Shown here in pieces: positions 49,454 through 52,163 of a DNA stretch of 52,163 nucleotides. This DNA comes from Candidatus Rifleibacteriota bacterium. Its GTDB lineage: Bacteria; Muiribacteriota; Ozemobacteria; Ozemobacterales; Ozemobacteraceae. The DNA is taken from assembly GCA_051747585.1 (NCBI GenBank), contig JBNJGH010000009.1, positions 1 to 52,163 of the forward strand. The letters run 5' to 3'. The translations under genes and the position numbers were made by a program. Position 1 is the first letter of the stretch. Every line of letters begins with the position of its first letter. The notes under the pieces were generated by a model, which searched no databases, was not told the DNA's origin, and was given only the letters and a program-made list of their open reading frames with translations.

Positions 49454-49478
49454 TAAAATAAGACTCGCCGTTATTTTA
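49454..49478. promoter_or_regulatory. Operator-like inverted repeat upstream of the Fic gene
   Basis: TAAAATAA-N9-TTATTTTA directly upstream of the start codon. Confidence 0.4.
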
Positions 49479-49605
49479 ACTTAACAATATATCCTAAATT
49501 AACCTGTCGAGATTTAAAAAGCAATAAATTCCGGGGGATTCTATGGCGTCCCTCTCTTCCTGGTCAATCTCGTCCTCCTAATCGTAGTCGTTGTCGTCAT
49601 CGTAA

Positions 49606-49675
49606 TCGATTCCGATACCCGATACCGACCCCGATACCCGAAAAGAATCTCACACCGAGCCGTAAAGCCGCCAGG
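49606..49675 (+). repeat. 70-bp direct repeat, copy B (5' side of the Fic gene)
   Basis: One mismatch to 48173-48242; continues into CACAAAGAAAATAACAACAGAG, a degenerate left arm of the structured repeat. Confidence 0.95.
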
Positions 49676-49708
49676 CGCACAAAGAAAATAACAACAGAGA
49701 ACCAAAGA

Positions 49709-49994
49709 ACACCGATTTCACTTGAGGAAGTTTTCGGAGAATAATGAGCCTCATTCCATTTATAAACCACAATTTGCTAAGGATGTTAAAGCATACGCTA
49801 CATTGAAAAAGCAGATTGAAAAGAAGGAAAAATTTAACCCCATAATTCAAAGTGCGCGAAAAAAATCCACCCTCATAAGCCTTGCCGGAAAACTTGGCAT
49901 TTCCCCCGGAATTGTTGCCGGCAGATACCAGCACATAACCCAGAATTACAAACTCTTCAACAATCTAAAAACAAAATTCACCTGGGAAAAATAA
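49709..49994 (+). pseudogene. Mosaic of toxin-antitoxin gene remnants (antitoxin C-terminus, frameshifted RelE-like N-terminus, HigA/ImmA-like C-terminus)
   Basis: TPISLEEVFGE* with TAATG overlap; MSLIP/YKPQFAKDVKAY split by a frameshift; LAGKLGISPGIVAGRYQH...LKTKFTW at the end. Confidence 0.55.
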
Positions 49995-50272
49995 AGATAA
50001 TTTCGTGCTCATCTTATTTGCCCGGATAAAATGTAATAAACCCAGATAATTGAATAAGGTGTCTCTTGATTCACAACTTAGTATCATTCTAAGGCGTTCC
50101 TTGAATGAATGTGTGAGAAAAGTTTCTAATATTTATTCATTTGACCAGTCAGATATTCCTGGATTACACTTGTATTGCTGGAGAAATCCAGGCTATTTCT
50201 CTATATCTCGCTAATATAACGACGAATCAACAGAAAGGTAGCCCCGAACATTTGAAGAAAAGTTGCGATATC

Positions 50273-50842
50273 ATGAAAAATTGTCTTTTGTATTGTTTCG
50301 TCCTGACGCTTGTTTTCTCTCTCATCGGAAGCGCCGCTTCAGCACGAAAAAGAGCCGGAGTCCAATTTGAAGACTCCATTTCCATAGAGGGGACCGAACT
50401 CACCCTTAATGGGTTAGCCGTTCGTTCAAAGCGGGTTTTGTTCTTCAACTACGGAATCTACGTTGCCGGTCTCTATCTGGAAAACAAATCCCAGGACGGA
50501 GAGGCCATCCTGGCAAGCGACACGGCCCGTCACCTGGTTACGCATTTTCTCCACTCGAGAGTCAGCCGCAAACAACTGACCGATGTCTGGAAGGAGAGTT
50601 TTAAAAGGCATAAATACCAGGGGAAAAAGGTCGATCAATTCATTGCTTTTCATCCCAGAGACCTGAGAAAGGGAGAAAAAATGATCTTCACCTACCTTCC
50701 GGGCAAAGGAACCAAAGTGACGATGAAAGGCAAAGTCTGTGGAACAATCCCCGGAAAAGACTTTGCCGACGCCCTCTTCTCCATTTACATCTCCAAAAAT
50801 GCGGGCTTACGCAGAATCAGGGACGGACTCCTCGGAAAGTAA
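50273..50842 (+). CDS. Secreted chalcone-isomerase-like protein
   Basis: Signal peptide, AGVQFED, LTLNG...R, YVAGLYL, Y.PGKGT.V and DFADALFSIY...LLG. Confidence 0.88.
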   Translation: MKNCLLYCFVLTLVFSLIGSAASARKRAGVQFEDSISIEGTELTLNGLAVRSKRVLFFNYGIYVAGLYLENKSQDGEAILASDTARHLVTHFLHSRVSRKQLTDVWKESFKRHKYQGKKVDQFIAFHPRDLRKGEKMIFTYLPGKGTKVTMKGKVCGTIPGKDFADALFSIYISKNAGLRRIRDGLLGK

Positions 50843-50960
50843 ACGAAATTTAATATGTAAGAAAAAAATGGCTTTTTTAGATATAAACGATTAAGTGAAA
50901 AAAAGAAATATCATTATATAAAGAGGTTCTATAAAAGCTTTACCCAGTCTATGTTTTCGG

Positions 50961-51212
50961 TTCTCACTCAGAAGCTCAAAATCACAAAGAAATTAACCAC
51001 AGAGAGCACAGAGATTCACCGAGAAATCTTTTTCAGCCGTGGATTGTCCGAAGGACAATCAGCCGGCGGTTTCACCGCCCGGCTTTCACCGCAACAGCCC
51101 GCCCTCAGAAAAACACCAGTGCTTTTCTGAGGGCGGGCTGTTGCGGTGAGCACTGGCTGAAAAAGATTTAAAAATCAGCTCCGTGGACTCGGCGAGCTCT
51201 GTGGTGAAATTT
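50961..51212. repeat. Structured non-coding repeat, copy 3 (core inverted)
   Basis: 13-bp IR at 51026-51038 and 51155-51167; hairpins in reverse order at 51042-51060, 51061-51084 and 51085-51150; flanks oriented as in copies 1 and 2. Confidence 0.93.
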
Positions 51213-51298
51213 CATTAATTTACAGAGAGAAATATAGCATAAATTTTGGAAACCGGCTGGTAAAGCTTTGTTAAGCAATGTGGGGCATTGCCGGGATG

Positions 51299-52163
51299 TT
51301 ATCGTTGTTTGTCTTTTATCTCAAAAATGGCGTAGGCGGAGTTTTTGACTACAGGCTTGTAGTTTTTGAATAGAAACCTGCCGAGTTTGGGGAATTCCAT
51401 GCTGGTATCAGGCCCGGTTACCCTTGATTTTAAAAAGACATAAATGAAGAAGCGGGGTGGGGCTTTTTTTAATTTGGTGATAAAGTCATGGCGCAGATTT
51501 TTTATAAACGGGTGCGAAATATGATGATAAAAATGATAGTCGTAAAGGTATCTGGTTGCAGAAACTGCTTTGGCTTGCAGCATTCCGTGAATTGCACCGT
51601 TTACCCAGTCCAGAGCCTGGACTTTATCGCCCTGTTTCAGATTCTTTTGCAAAAACTCAGCGATCTGGTCGGGTACACCATTTAAAGGCTGTGGAATCTT
51701 TTTGTTATTTAACTGGTGAATGAACTCCTGCGAAAGCCCCACCTGAAACGGTATAACGAGAAGAAACAGGATTGTGGCAAACATTTTTACCCTGCCCGTT
51801 AAAGCAGAAGAAGGGTTTAAAAGAAAAGAGGCCAGAATTATTACCATAAACTGAAATGGAAGCCAGTGGTAATACCAGAATTGCCCCGAAATAGCCGGGT
51901 AGAACCAAAAAGCGACCGTTGCCGCTGAAGTTGAAACTATAAGCCTTCTTTTTAATGGAAAGTCTGTATTTTTGTTTAAATAGATTGCGATAAGGCCGGC
52001 AAGTAGAAAAAGCAGATAGTCATTGAAAATAAACATTCCCTTAATTGCATAAAAAAACTTCTCGGGCCAGGGAATAAGCTGAAAATCATGTCCCAGCTGG
52101 GTATGTAAAGGCAGATAGTTGAAGAAAATCTTTAAAAATGAATTTAAACCGCCTGAATTCCAT
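51299..52163 (-). CDS. Polytopic membrane protein, probable GT-C (ArnT/PMT-like) glycosyltransferase C-terminal part (5'-truncated by window edge)
   Basis: Frame stays open to the window end. TM helices with FWYYHWLP, then a soluble tail (IAEFLQKNLKQGDKV...PPRFF...NY) typical of GT-C proteins. Confidence 0.65.
   Translation of the reverse strand, partial: WNSGGLNSFLKIFFNYLPLHTQLGHDFQLIPWPEKFFYAIKGMFIFNDYLLFLLAGLIAIYLNKNTDFPLKRRLIVSTSAATVAFWFYPAISGQFWYYHWLPFQFMVIILASFLLNPSSALTGRVKMFATILFLLVIPFQVGLSQEFIHQLNNKKIPQPLNGVPDQIAEFLQKNLKQGDKVQALDWVNGAIHGMLQAKAVSATRYLYDYHFYHHISHPFIKNLRHDFITKLKKAPPRFFIYVFLKSRVTGPDTSMEFPKLGRFLFKNYKPVVKNSAYAIFEIKDKQR

Noticed and set aside
48143..49690. CRISPR array
   Set aside because: Only two long repeats 1.4 kb apart, with no regular repeat-spacer periodicity and no cas genes.

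Overview
Gene-dense, AT-rich bacterial chromosome window. The host is a diderm, probably motile organism; the many HEAT/TPR proteins and pilin-like genes suggest Candidatus Riflebacteria or a similar lineage, but this is inference only. Housekeeping genes: apt, pdp, dgt, ahcY, clpS-clpA and an ABC-F ATPase. Signalling genes: a GGDEF cyclase, an MCP, a FixL-like PAS kinase with a REC-PP2C phosphatase, a STAS protein and an NtrB/NtrC-type pair. Envelope genes: a DUF5693-CsaB fusion, a trio of pilin-like genes, a polysaccharide deacetylase and a beta-barrel protein. No rRNA, tRNA, CRISPR array, transposase or integrase was seen. The most striking signal is non-coding: a ~250-300 bp repeat family with three full copies (25205-25503, 47734-48030, 50961-51212). 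Each copy has a core of exactly 116 bp between perfect 13-bp inverted repeats (ATCTTTTTCAGCC/GGCTGAAAAAGAT). The core folds into three hairpins (66, 24-25 and 19 nt) with many compensatory changes, and in copy 3 it is inverted relative to its flanks. Pieces of the same family punctuate a 3.5-kb accessory island (47.7-51.2 kb) holding a Fic gene between 70-bp direct repeats, toxin-antitoxin remnants and a chalcone-isomerase-like gene. This suggests a possibly undescribed repeat-based inversion or cassette-capture system whose enzyme is not in this window.
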